Source: Eledone cirrhosa (taxonomy: Eukaryota). Taken from it: a stretch of DNA of 64,000 nucleotides. Both the position numbers and the translations under genes were made by a program. Below the pieces are notes generated by a model. That model saw only the letters and a list, made by a program, of their open reading frames with translations. It was not told the origin of the DNA and ran no database searches. Numbering within the stretch: position 1 is the stretch's first letter; each line of letters starts with the position of its first letter. Of this stretch, positions 26,891 to 39,259 are shown one piece after another. The stretch spans positions 4,960,001 through 5,024,000 of the forward strand of contig OZ024750.1 in NCBI GenBank assembly GCA_964016885.1. Direction: 5' to 3'.

Positions 26891-27008
26891 TCATATACAA
26901 TCATGCAGTTAACTGTATATGAGTAATCCACCTGATATACAGGTAACACATGTAATTCTCATAATATGTAATTAACAGTCTATGTAAATCTCATAATATA
27001 CAATCAAA

Positions 27009-27061
<53 letters not shown>

Positions 27062-27063
<2 letters not shown>

Positions 27064-27149
27064 CAAAGAAGGTGTGTTAAGATACTAGGTGGACCATAAC
27101 GCACCAGAGTACTCGGTACTTAGAGTAGTAGGGGTTCCGGCTCTTTTCC

Positions 27150-27150
<1 letters not shown>
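27062..27150 (-). mobile_element. (TA)n-inserted element family H2, truncated
   Basis: GAAGGTGTGTTAAGATACTAGGTGGACCATAACGCACCAGAGTACTC shared with 30298, 35492, 54180. Confidence 0.7.
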
Positions 27151-27185
<35 letters not shown>

Positions 27186-27238
27186 ACATCATTTTGATTG
27201 TATATTATGAAAATTACATAGAATGTTAATTATATGTA

Positions 27239-27294
<56 letters not shown>

Positions 27295-27774
27295 TACATT
27301 ACTGAACTGTTATTTCTATTCATATGCTGTAATTGGAGGAGTAAGCTTTCTTCTTCGATTCTTGCCAGTCTCTGCTGATTTTGCTCATCAACAACTTATC
27401 TTTCATCTAGCAACTTGATTAGAAGAAAGTGGTTCTGTCTAAACCATAAAAAAACTATTTCTAGACACCATGTATCTATAATTGTGAAATAGATACATGC
27501 TCTTACATTATTCAAAAACAAACTCTGTTGCTATGTTTAAGAAGAAACAATTCTCAACTGTTTAGCTTCTATACCAATTAATTTCTGGGATACCACGTGT
27601 TGTGAAATGTTCTCCGGTACCAACCTCATCGGTTTGGTCACAAACCCGGCCACCTTCACCTGTAATACTAGTCGTAAACCCGGGTACCTTCACCTGTAAT
27701 GTTGAGGAGCTAGACATAACTAAACACTAGGTTGTTTTGGGGTTTTGTTTTTTTAATTTTTTTTGTGTAGGTTG

Positions 27775-27932
27775 TTTGGAGGCTTCTGGTGTCCTTGGTC
27801 TCCGGTACAGACTGGAGTTTTTCCTCCTGCAAATTAGGAAGAGGGCATCTCGCCTGGGGTAGAAACCCCGTGAGGTGAAACGGATGATGCAGTGAATGTT
27901 GCTGGCTCTTCTTCACGGCAATAATTTCACCA
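27775..27932 (+). mobile_element. CRE-clade LINE 3' remnant
   Basis: Translates EASGVLG...REVKRMMQ*MLLALLHGNNFT. Confidence 0.5.
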
Positions 27933-28282
27933 GAGCAGAGGACATGCGCAAACTCGAAGTGTTCTCACGGGGCGTCTTCGCTTGGCTTGGTCATGCTCTC
28001 CGTCGACAACCGGGTGACTTCATCCGCGAAGCCATTGATCCATCTCCTCCGTTGGGATGGAGGAAACGTCGTGGAGGCCAACTAAAAACGTGGCTTAGGA
28101 CAGTGAGGCAAGACGCTGAGTTGATCTTAGGCCCACACCTATATGGGGTTCGGCGATGGAACCGCGAATGGCTGACACTCATATCTTCGATAGCGCCGGA
28201 CCGTCGTGCTTGGTCGGCCTTCATTCGGGATACGGTAAATTCGTTGGACAGATCCGGCTCAACCGACGCAGGGTGAATGCCG

Positions 28283-28290
<8 letters not shown>
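27933..28290 (+). mobile_element. RTE-clade LINE 3' end (internally deleted)
   Basis: RAEDMRKLEVF..WLGHALRR..GWRKRRGGQLKTW..DRRAWSAFIRD is typical RTE ORF C-terminus; ends GGGTGAATGCCGTC(AC)n. Confidence 0.8.
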
Positions 28291-28325
<35 letters not shown>

Positions 28326-28399
28326 AACGTCACCGTCTTGTCCGTGAGGACATAGCTGAGATATATGGACCAGTGAAGAGTATAGAATTTACCTATGGG

Positions 28400-28690
28400 G
28401 TGGAATGACTGATGCAACGTGTTTCGCTGGCAATGCAAAGGAGATGAAGATAAACAAATACCGGGGCTTGTCTGACCGATTCCTTTTCGTACCGGTCGAC
28501 CTCTGGTGTCCTTGGTCCCCGCACTGCCGATTTCCTCCGCAAAATCCGAAATACAACAGCCCGCCTGAGGTAGAAGACTCGTGGGGTGGGGTAGCTGTTG
28601 TAGTGGGTCTCCCTGGCCCATTCTCCGTGACAATACCTTCACCATTTTGTCTGCGGGGCGCGGCTGAACCACCACATAGACTGGGATGTA

Positions 28691-28695
<5 letters not shown>
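28400..28695 (+). mobile_element. CRE-clade LINE restriction-like endonuclease remnant
   Basis: DATC..K..KY..LSDRFLFVPV/TSGVLGPRTADFLRKI..WVSLA/ILRDN with frameshifts and stops; followed by (TC)n. Confidence 0.6.
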
Positions 28696-28755
<60 letters not shown>

Positions 28756-28885
28756 TCTCTCTCTCCCCTTCGTTGCTTCATTATCTTTTTCTTCTTTCCC
28801 TTTCCTTTTTTTGTTTCATTTAAAATATTATTATTTATATCATAAATCTACGGTCATTTGTTCATAGCCCGAGTTAAAATTTGTT

Positions 28886-28920
<35 letters not shown>

Positions 28921-28923
<3 letters not shown>

Positions 28924-29649
28924 TGGCGAACACCCCATTGATTTAGAAGTCGACCTTAAGTAGGAGCACCAACATTAAGAAAGACATGAACGACAACACA
29001 ACAATTTGTTTTGAAAATTTTGAAAGTAGGTTTATAAGTATGAATTTTCATAAGACTTTCGTAGCTGTCTCTCTGTGGCCTAGCGGTAGGTACTAGAGAC
29101 GGTGGAGCTCCTGGCCTAGTGGTAGGTACTAGAGACGGTGGAGCTCCTGGCCTTGTGTTAAATCTGGTCAAGTTATAACCATTTTCAGTTTTTATTTTAC
29201 AACCAATAGAAAAAAAACTGAAAAGATGTACCGGTACCCTTATTCCCGACTAGAATTGAACTTCAGACCAGGATCGCCACCGTCTATGAGCCCTCCCACT
29301 AGGCCACCAAGACAACTACAAAAGTATAATAAAAATTGATAATTATAAACCTACTTTCAAAATCAAAGTTTAAAAGATGTGTTGTTCATGGTTTCCCAGA
29401 GCTATTAGTAATATCTAGGGTCGACCTCTGGTCATTATTGAAAGTCTCTGAATTTCGCAAAATACATTTTTTTTATTGGAGAAGGTAAGATATTTGCTCG
29501 CAAAAATTTGATTACACTGTTTTGTTTCCACTTCTGTATTTTTCTAAAATGTTATTTATTCATTATAAAAATTAAATGATAGCATTCTATATGTAGGTGA
29601 AACCCCTTCATCCTCTGGGAACCAATTTTTTAGACCCAGTCCGCCACTG
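28921..29649. mobile_element. hAT-like MITE with internal large inverted repeat
   Basis: TIRs CAGTGGCGAAC / GTCCGCCACTG (10/11) in (TA)n; internal inverted arms about 28975-29175 and 29240-29400. Confidence 0.65.
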
Positions 29650-29673
29650 TATATATATATATATATATATATA

Positions 29674-29929
29674 CAAGGCCCTTTATCAGGGGGGTACCAG
29701 CGGACAAGTCCCCCCACTTTTTCAAACGACTATATTTTATTTTTTGTTTATTTGATATAATAAATTTTTTTTATATCTGGACTTCATTTGAATATATAAA
29801 ATTTAATTAGCGTAAAATTTTACTTATGTGATAGGGTCCAGGAAAGGGACCATAAGCAATTTCTGCTCCTTTAAGAATCAACAAATGTTGGTTTGTCCCC
29901 CTCACATTTTAAAGGCAAACGAGGCTCCT
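29674..29929. mobile_element. Degenerate hAT-like MITE
   Basis: CAAGGCCC...GGCTCCTG GC-rich ends with TGTCCCCC subterminal motifs, between (TA)n tracts. Confidence 0.3.
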
Positions 29930-30048
29930 GTTTATATATATATATATATATATATATGAATGTACGTATTGTATATTCAATAATATACTGTATGTTTATT
30001 TAAATATACAATACGCTATTTCAGAGCTCTAACACAAATATATATATA

Positions 30049-30260
30049 TTGCTTTATATCTGGAGATCTCTCTGCACTTGTCGTCACATGGTACCATGGG
30101 CCCAGCACTATGTGTCAATAATTGTCACAAGTGTAGTGTTTGTACGAGAGTTTTCAAGTCGCTGGCTGGACTAAAAAGTCACGCTCGTTCAGCACATCGG
30201 TAGGGGTTCTCCTACATGGATATAAAGTAGTGGCCGTACTCGAAAACGAGTTGGCAGCCA

Positions 30261-30265
<5 letters not shown>
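30049..30265 (+). mobile_element. Non-autonomous RTE derivative, 3' part with C2H2 micro-ORF (30096-30203)
   Basis: Near-identical to 62470-62690. Confidence 0.8.
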
Positions 30266-30297
<32 letters not shown>

Positions 30298-30298
<1 letters not shown>

Positions 30299-30456
30299 CG
30301 AGGGAAAAGTGGTAAGGAACCAGGTTCACCATAACGCACCAAAGTACTCAATACTTAGGGTAGTAGAGTGGGTAATAGGAGTAAGTAAGACCCCGACGGC
30401 AGTACAGAATTAGCCGTCGAAACGGCTTGAGCTCAGCCGTCGGGGTCTTACTTACT

Positions 30457-30460
<4 letters not shown>
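30298..30460 (-). mobile_element. Family H2 element with inverted segment
   Basis: GTAAGACCCCGACGGC...GCCGTCGGGGTCTTAC inversion containing CGAAACGGCTTGAGCTCAGCCGTC. Confidence 0.75.
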
Positions 30461-30925
<465 letters not shown>

Positions 30926-31129
30926 TTGTATAAAGACATATCTATAGAAAAAAAGGTTCTAAATTGGCAGCCATTTTAATAATAGACCCATATCGATGTG
31001 AAACCTGATCCCTCTTTATCTGGTGGCCATGGTAACTTTACACCCCCAGATTCAATTTCCACCTCAAAATAACATCTATCGTTTGTTAGCTTTGGTAAAT
31101 AAATACAATGGGTAACTACATCGTGTCGG

Positions 31130-31495
31130 GGTGGTGGTGGTGGTGTTGATGGTGGTGGTGGTGGGGGGATTGGGTAGTTGTGGTGGTGGTGGTGGTGTTT
31201 GTGAAGGTGGTGGTGGTGGTGGTGGTGGTGGTTGGGAGCTACTTGGGGGATGATGATGATCATGACGACGACTATGTTGATGATGGCGGTGATGATGGTG
31301 GTGATGGTGGTGGTGTTGGTGGGGGTTGTGATGGTGGTGATGATGGTGATGATGGTGATGATGGTAATGGTGGTGATGATGGTGATGGGGGTGGTGGCGG
31401 TGTTGATGGTGGTGGCGGTGATGGTGGTGATGGGGTTGGGGTGATGGGGGTGTTGGTGGTGGTGATGGTGGTGATGGAGGTGGGGACGGTGGTAA
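31130..31495. repeat. (GGT)n/(GAT)n microsatellite
   Basis: Directly visible. Confidence 0.9.
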
Positions 31496-31577
31496 TAAAA
31501 TCGATTGAAAGCCAGTTAAACCTTTATTTGAAGTGCATTATGGTTTAAGTAACATTTATTGTAAGAAGTCCGGAGCA

Positions 31578-31740
31578 CTTTTTTACACTTACACTGTCAG
31601 CAGTGTATATAGACACTTTATTAACACTTACACTGTCAGCAGTGTATATAGACACTTTATTAACACTTACACTGCCAGCAGTGTATATAGACACTTTATT
31701 AACACTTACACTGTCAACAGTGTAGGTAGACACTTTATTC
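31578..31740. repeat. 39-bp tandem repeat with internal hairpin
   Basis: TTTATTAACACTTACACTGTCAGCAGTGTATATAGACAC x 4. Confidence 0.9.
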
Positions 31741-31931
31741 AGGTCCAGACTTGATCTCCCTAGTTAAAAAGTAGCTGATACTTTAGGGTTTCTGATGAGC
31801 CACTGTTATCACTGTAAAAGTCAAGACACACTAAGCTCCCTTCTCATGACTATTAGGTAACATTGTGTTGCACCTTCGTTTGGAACACACTTCAACAACA
31901 TGTGTACCTGTCTTTTCCACACCAATTCGGA

Positions 31932-31984
31932 CTGCCTGAAGAAATCACAGCCAATAATAGCTGTCACCGAAATATATATAGCAG
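31932..31984 (+). ncRNA. Type I minimal hammerhead ribozyme motif (family H3)
   Basis: CTGC-CTGAAGA-aatcACAGC..GCTGTcacc-GAAA-T-ATAT-A-TA/GCAG; base of stem II mismatched. Confidence 0.65.
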
Positions 31985-32512
31985 AGAAGTCAAATTTTAC
32001 ATGTTTGACTTACTTATTTTACATTACTCCGGAGTAAACAAACCAACCTACGTACTTCGTCGAGTGCTTCAATCTGCATACTGAGATATCGGTAAACAAC
32101 GAACATATACTCAATATATATATATATATTAGAACTCCCTTTTTCGGATTATATTACTGTGAGAGCCCTGGTTTCTGTTGAGCTCTGCTGATGAATGAAA
32201 TCCAACCGTGACCATCTCCACTGAAAGTTTTCATGAAATAGTCTTTTAAGACTATACAGAGCATTTGATGTTATTCCAAATTGAAGGATAAGTGTTTCAA
32301 ACTTTATTTTATCATGAGTTAAAGGTCTATAGATATTTCCCTGGATTTTACTAAATTCTGTGGATGAATTTATATCCTGATTCTCTTTTGAGATGAGTTT
32401 GAGTTATTTTTCCTAAATCTTTCGTTAACTACTTTTCCCATCTTGACGTTATAGTCGCATATATGTTATAGAATGCCGTTAGCTTCTTGCTAAAACAATC
32501 TCTATATCTCTC

Positions 32513-32570
<58 letters not shown>

Positions 32571-32574
<4 letters not shown>

Positions 32575-32814
32575 TATAAAAAAAAATAATGAATAAACAA
32601 AGAAACAGTTCCTTATATTAAAAAAAAATGTTTAATATAAGGAACTGTTTCTTTGTTTATTCATTATTTTTTTAATAATTTATCTTGACTCTGTTTTCCG
32701 TTTATTTTTCACCGAAAGTAGTTTTTGAATGCATCTTCTCTTTTCATGATATCCGGATTACATTGAGTTCTTCATACGGATTGGACACTACCGTAAACTT
32801 TTGGTAGATTTATC

Positions 32815-32820
<6 letters not shown>
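32571..32820 (+). mobile_element. (TA)n-flanked short element with inverted terminal duplication
   Basis: About 43-bp arms 32579-32622 / 32631-32673, TA tracts on both sides. Confidence 0.45.
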
Positions 32821-32839
<19 letters not shown>

Positions 32840-32845
<6 letters not shown>

Positions 32846-33029
32846 GCTTCTACTTTTGGCACAAGGCCAGCAATTACCCAGTGCATTACTGGTACTTTAT
32901 TTTATCCACCACGTAAGGATGAAAGGCAAAGTTAACCTCGGCAGGATTTGAACTCAAACCGTAAAGGGCCGCAACTATGCTGCAAAGCATGGCGTCCGAC
33001 CCTCTACCTATTCTGCCAATCCACCGCCC
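32840..33029 (-). mobile_element. SINE family A
   Basis: Full-length consensus match. Confidence 0.9.
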
Positions 33030-33632
33030 ATACAATAAACGTGTCTTTTATTGTGGTTTTAAGTTTCCGAACTTACCCGCCATATTATTTTTAGATAAGT
33101 CCTCAATATAAGAACAAATTAATGTCATTCTTTAGGTGGGGCACGATGAAGGACAAATTACTTAAAAGCAGGACTGTTCTTCCTAAAGCAAGACATCTGA
33201 CCAGGTGTGGTGAATTTGAAGAAGATTTGGCTGCTATATTTTGCCCTTTGAGTGACCACGTAGAGACTCTCTACGTGTAAGAAATTCTATATAAATAAAT
33301 AAATACAGTGAAATATGAAGAGAGAGAGAGAAAGAGAGAGGGGGTGATATGAGGTATGGGTGTTTAACTGATATTGTAATGTAGTCAAAACAGAAGTTTG
33401 TAGTCGTTTGGTGGTTTGGGTTGGAAACGGAAGATGCTGGAAGGTGAGATGGCCGCAAGGAGTGATACTTGAGACCAATAGCTAGGAGTGACACTTGAGA
33501 CCAGAGGTCAAATCGAGGTCAAGTATAGCAGAAATAAAAAAAGTCGTTATTGTTAACAGTCACACTCCCCACCTGCTTCACTTCTCAACAACCATACTTT
33601 GGACTTCTCTTTGTTTGTTATATTGAAGGCGC

Positions 33633-33823
33633 AGAGGGCGGTGGGTTGGCAGTATCGGTAGAGGGTCGGACGCCATGCTTTGCAGCAAAGAGTTACGGCC
33701 CTTTATGGTCTGAGTTCAAATCCCGCCGAGGTTAACTTTGCCTTTCATCCTTACGGGGTCGATAAAATAAAGTACCTGTAATACACTGGAATAATTGCTG
33801 GCCTTGTGCCAAAAGTAGAAACA
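33633..33823 (+). mobile_element. SINE family A with 16-bp target-site duplication
   Basis: GTTATATTGAAGGCGC at 33617-33632 and 33824-33839. Confidence 0.9.
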
Positions 33824-33856
33824 GTTATATTGAAGGCGCCTCTCTTTGAGGTTAAA

Positions 33857-34562
33857 GTGGTTGACTGACGTCACAAGGTTATGGGATCGATTCCCGGATA
33901 AGGTGGTTGACTGACGGTCACAAGGTTATGGGATCGATTCCCGGATAAGGTGGTTGACTGACGGTCACAAGGTTATGGGATCGATTCCCGGATAAGGTGG
34001 TTGACTGACGGTCACAAGGTTATGGGATCGATTCCCGGATAAGGTGGTTGACTGACGGTCACAAGGTTATGGGATCGATTCCCGGATAAGGTGGTTGACT
34101 GACGGTCACAAGGTTATGGGATCGATTCCCGGATAAGGTGGTTGACTGACGGTCACAAGGTTATGGGATCGATTCCCGGATAAGGTGGTTGACTGACGGT
34201 CACAAGGTTATGGGATCGATTCCCGGATAAGGTGGTTGACTGACGGTCACAAGGTTATGGGATCGATTCCCGGATAAGGTGGTTGACTGACGGTCACAAG
34301 GTTATGGGATCGATTCCCGGATAAGGTGGTTGACTGACGGTCACAAGGTTATGGGATCGATTCCCGGATAAGGTGGTTGACTGACGGTCACAAGGTTATG
34401 GGATCGATTCCCGGATAAGGTGGTTGACTGACGGTCACAAGGTTATGGGATCGATTCCCGGATAAGGTGGTTGACTGACGGTCACAAGGTTATGGGATCG
34501 ATTCCCGGATAAGGTGGTTGACTGACGGTCACAAGGTTATGGGATCGATTCCCGGATAAGGC
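33857..34562 (+). repeat. 47-bp tandem array derived from SINE B tRNA-like head
   Basis: GGTGGTTGACTGACGGTCACAAGGTTATGGGATCGATTCCCGGATAA x about 15, followed directly by the SINE B core and body (34563-34730). Confidence 0.9.
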
Positions 34563-35133
34563 AGTGACTTGAGTTGTTGAGCAGGATACTTTATTTCACG
34601 TTGTTTCAGTCCATTAAGCTGGAAAGAATACCCGTATTTCAAAGGGGGCCAGCCATATCACATACTGTTTCACACACTGTTTCACTCACTGAGTCACGCT
34701 GAGTCTCCCTGAGAACTACGCTAATAGTCCCAACATGGACAGAGGAACCTTTGCTGGGCCATAAGGATGAGGGCTCATGTAAGATATGGAACACCCTGTC
34801 ACTATAGGTCTGGCGTTCGTGGATGTGCAAAAGCTATATACATACATTTCGTTTTTGGTGTATAGACATGTCAAGAGCTGTTGTTTTCACATGGCTGACC
34901 AGGTTAAAGTCTAGGGTCCCAGTTGTGACTAGGGTGCTGAATAACCTGAAAGTCGGGAGGTCCGGCTGAGTTGATAAGGCCCAGTACATTGTGTGGAAGT
35001 GTATGTATGTATATATGTATGTATGTATATATGTTCAGCGCATCGGTAGGAGTTCTCCTACATGGATATAAAGTAGTGGCCGTACTCGAAAACGAGTTGG
35101 CAGCCACCATGTATATATGTATGTATGGATGTA

Positions 35134-35166
<33 letters not shown>

Positions 35167-35167
<1 letters not shown>

Positions 35168-35490
35168 CGTTGACTTGTTCTTCTTTTTGGTAAATATCAT
35201 CTTGGTTAAGAGAGTGGGACTGGCTCTGTGCAGTGCCTTTGCTCACTATAAAAGCTTCACGGCACAGGCATTGCTTTATATCTGGAGATCTCTCTGCACT
35301 TGTCGTCCTATGGTACCATGGGCCCAGCACTATGTGTCAATAATTGTCACAGGTGTAGTGTTTGTACCAGAGTTTTCAAGTCGTTGGCTGGACTAAAAAG
35401 TCACACTCGTTCAGCGCATCGGTAGGGGTTCTCCTACATGGATATAAAGTAGTGGCCGTACTCGAAAACGAGTTGGCAGCCACCATATAT
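35167..35490 (+). mobile_element. Non-autonomous RTE derivative (5'-truncated), micro-ORF 35318-35425
   Basis: Near-identical to 62370-62690; a shorter tail copy lies at 35033-35110. Confidence 0.8.
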
Positions 35491-35491
35491 A

Positions 35492-35598
35492 TAACGAAGG
35501 AGGTGTGGTAAGGAACCAGATGGACCATAACGCACCAGAGTACTCAATACTTAGGGTAGTAGAAATAGCCGGCGAAACGACTTGAGCTCTGCCGTCCT
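35492..35598 (-). mobile_element. Family H2 element with inverted segment
   Basis: Shared H2 3' end plus inverted GCGAAACGACTTGAGCTCTGCCGTC. Confidence 0.7.
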
Positions 35599-35772
35599 AT
35601 ATATATATATATTAGACATGTCTCATTTGAAATAATACAGCCAACTTTCCACGCAATACTTTTAGTTAGCACCCCGAACACATAATTGGGAATATAATCA
35701 CTTAGTTCCTAATGTTTGTTGAGTGAGTTGGAATTTGGCCGGAGTATCGCTAAAAAGCTTTCTCCGGTATTG

Positions 35773-36083
<311 letters not shown>

Positions 36084-36131
36084 TATATACAATATATTAA
36101 TAAATGGAAACTATATTTATAAAACCATAAT

Positions 36132-36197
36132 TATTTTATTATATATATTTCAAGGGCGAGCAAGGTAAATTATGGTGCGCTTTCATCAGATAAAATA
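36132..36197 (-). ncRNA. Type I minimal hammerhead ribozyme motif (family H1)
   Basis: Minus strand TATTTTAT-CTGATGA-AAGCGC..GCCCTT-GAAA-T-ATAT-A-TA/ATAAAATA; perfect 8-bp stem I, palindromic loop III. Confidence 0.8.
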
Positions 36198-36296
36198 CAG
36201 ATTTGTTTTATAAATAAATATTGACATATATATGTATATATAAATGTGTGTGTGTGTAAATGTGCTCCTGCCTAGTCATATATATATATATATATA

Positions 36297-36341
<45 letters not shown>

Positions 36342-36656
36342 CTAAATATGCTCCTGTCTAGTCAGAGAGAACTGGGCAAGACACTCCCACCCCTTACAAA
36401 CGATGTAAATATTTCTAGGGCAACTCATTTCCCTGTGTGACCGAACCCCTCGCCCTAATTCCCCCCCCCCCCTCTTTCCTTTTTACCCTATTCCTACCGA
36501 CCTATATATGTACCTAGATATACAGCCACCCAGCTAACCAGACACCTACCCATCAGTCTATATACATCCGACAACGTATATACATACATACATACATACA
36601 TGTTTATCACACACCCTATGGTCTATATGTATGCGTGTAAACACACACACACACAC

Positions 36657-36706
<50 letters not shown>

Positions 36707-36734
36707 ATGTATACATAATTGGATTTTTTCACTA

Positions 36735-37430
36735 TGGTGTGGTGGAGATGGTAGTGGTGGTGATGGTGGTAGTGGTTGTAGTGGTGGTGATGGTGGTAGT
36801 GATCGTGGTGATGGTGGTAGTGGTGGTGCTGCTGGTAGTAGTAGTGGTGGTGGTGATGGTGGTAGTAGTGGTGATGGTTGTAGTGGTTGTAGTGGTGGTG
36901 ATGGTGGTAGTGGTAGTGGTGGTGGTGATGGTGGTAGTAGTGGTGATGGTGCTGGTAGTGGTGGTGGTGATGGTTGTAGTGGTGGTGGTGGTGGTGGTAG
37001 TGGTGGTGCTGCTGGTAGTAGTGGTGGTGATGGTGGTAGTGGTAGTAGTGGTAGTAGTGTTGGTAGTGATGATGGTGATGGTAGTGATGGTGGTAATGGT
37101 GGTAGTGGTAGTGGTGGTGGTGATGGTGGTAGTAGTAGTTGTGGTGGTGATGGTGGTAGTAGTAGTTGTGGTGGTGATGGTGCTGGTAGTGGTGGTGGTG
37201 ATGATGGCGATGGTAATGATGGTGGTGCTACTGGTAGTGGTGGTGGTGATGGTGGTGATGGTAGTGATGGTGGTAGTGGTGGTAGTGATGGTGATGGTGG
37301 TGATGGTGGTAGTAGTGGTGGTGATGGTGGTAGTGGTGGTAGTGATGATGGTAGTGATAGTGGGGCTGGTAGTAGTGGTGGTGGTGATGATGGTGGTGGT
37401 GGTGGTGGTGGTGATGGTGGTGGTGGTGGT
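36735..37430. repeat. (GGT)n/(AGT)n/(GAT)n microsatellite
   Basis: Directly visible; source of Gly/Val/Pro-rich ORFs. Confidence 0.95.
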
Positions 37431-37550
37431 GACGCTGTCTTGCTCACAAGGAATTCCTCCTCGCCCTCAACCCCCTCCTCCCCCTTCCACCTATCAACAG
37501 CCACCAGAATTCGAGAGATTTCTTGCCTTTAAACTTGCTTAGCTCAAACA

Positions 37551-38000
37551 ATGTGTGTGTGTGTGGTACCGCCAGTGTGTGTGTGTGTGTGGTACCGCCA
37601 GTGTGTGTGTGTGGTACCGCCAGTGTGTGTGTGTGTGTGGTACCGCCAGTGTGTGTGTGTGGTACCGCCAGTGTGTGTGGTACCGCCAGTGTGTGAGTGT
37701 GGTACCGCCAGTGTGTGTGTGTGTGGTACCGCCAGTGTGTGTGTGTGTGGTACCGCCAGTGTGTGTGTGTGTGGTACCGCCAGTGTGTCGTCAGTGAGTG
37801 TGGTACCGCCAGTGTGTGTGTGAGTGTGGTACCGCCAGTGTGTGAGTGTGGTACCGCCAGTGTGTGTGTGCTGTCAGTGTGTGAGTGTGGTACCGCCAGT
37901 GTGTGAGTGTGGTACCGCCAGTGTGTGTGTGCTGTCAGTGTGTGAGTGTGGCACCGCCAGTGTGTGAGTGTGGTACCGCCAGTGTGTGTGTGTGTGCCGT
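37551..38000. repeat. Compound repeat GGTACCGCCA + (GT)n spacer
   Basis: About 18 GGTACCGCCA cores separated by variable (GT)n. Confidence 0.9.
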
Positions 38001-38129
38001 CAGTGTGTGTGTGTGTGTGTGTGCCGTCTATATGTGTATGCGCACCATCAGTGAGTGTGCGTGTGTCTGCGTGTGTGTGACGTCAGTGTGTATGTATATG
38101 TGCGTCAGTGTGTATGTGGTTGACGTCAG

Positions 38130-38161
<32 letters not shown>

Positions 38162-38473
38162 TGAGTGAGAGAGAGAGAGAGATAGACAGAGTGAGTGAGT
38201 GAGAGAGTGAGTGAGAGAGTAAGTGAGAGAGTGAGAAAGAGAGTGAGTGAGAGAAAGAATCTGTTGTCGATGTAGATAGCAGAACGATCGACAACACCAA
38301 ATTTGGCGCTGCCAAAAAACCACGAGTTAGCGTTAGCTTGTTGTTGCTGTTGATGCTATTGTTGTTGTTGTTGCTGATGTTGCTGTTGTTGTTATTGTTG
38401 TTGTTAGGCCTTACAGTACGAACAGCACACCGGAAGTATAGTTAGAGTTATAGAAATAACTTTGAACCCCCTC

Positions 38474-39252
38474 ATAATTGTTTCTACTTTTGGCACAAGG
38501 CCATCAATTACCCAGTACATTACTGGTACTTTATTTTATCGACCCCGTAAGGATGAAAGGCAAAGTTGACCTCGGCGGGATTTGAACTCAGAATGGAAAG
38601 AGCCGTAACTCCATGCGTCAAAGCTTGGCGTCCGACCCTCTACTGATACTGCCAACCCAACACCCTACTCATAATAATAGTAATAATTGTTTCTACTGTT
38701 GGCACAAGGCCAGCAATTACTCAGTACATTACTGGTACTTTATTTTATCGACCTCGTAAGGATGAAAGGCAAAGTTAACCTCGGCGGGATTTGAACTCAA
38801 AGCATGGCGTCCGACCCTTTACCGATACTGCCAATCCATATTTATATATAATAATATCAATTATTATTTGACGCATTGAGTTACGGCCCTTGCCATTCTG
38901 AGTTCAAATCCCGCCGAGGTTGACTTTGCCTTTCATCCTTACGGGGTCGATAAAATAAAGTACCAGTAATACACTGGGTAATTGCTGGCCTTGTGCCAAA
39001 AGTAGAAACAATTATTATTTGGTCAATAAATGAAACAATTATTATCATAAAGATTATCATTATTTTAGGATTGGCAGTATCGGTAGAGGGTCGGACGCCA
39101 TGCTTTCCAGCATAGTTACGTCCCTTTATGATCTGAGTTCAAATCCCGCCGAGGTTGACTTTGCCTTTCATCCTTACGGGGTCGATAAAATAAAGTACCA
39201 GTAATGCACTGGGTAATTTGCTGGCCTTGTGCCTAAAGTAGAAACAATTATT
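38474..39252. mobile_element. Cluster of four SINE A copies (-,-,+,+)
   Basis: 38474-38657(-), 38681-38838(-), 38867-39018(+), 39068-39252(+). Confidence 0.9.
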
Positions 39253-39259
39253 TTAATTT

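Noticed and set aside
30976-31125. CYFEVEIESGG, SPRY-like peptide on minus strand
   Set aside because: Very short match, weak splice sites, no partner exons
33857-34562. CRISPR-like regular arrays (also 4975, 37551, 43570)
   Set aside because: No unique spacers, eukaryotic context, no cas genes; units derive from SINEs or microsatellites
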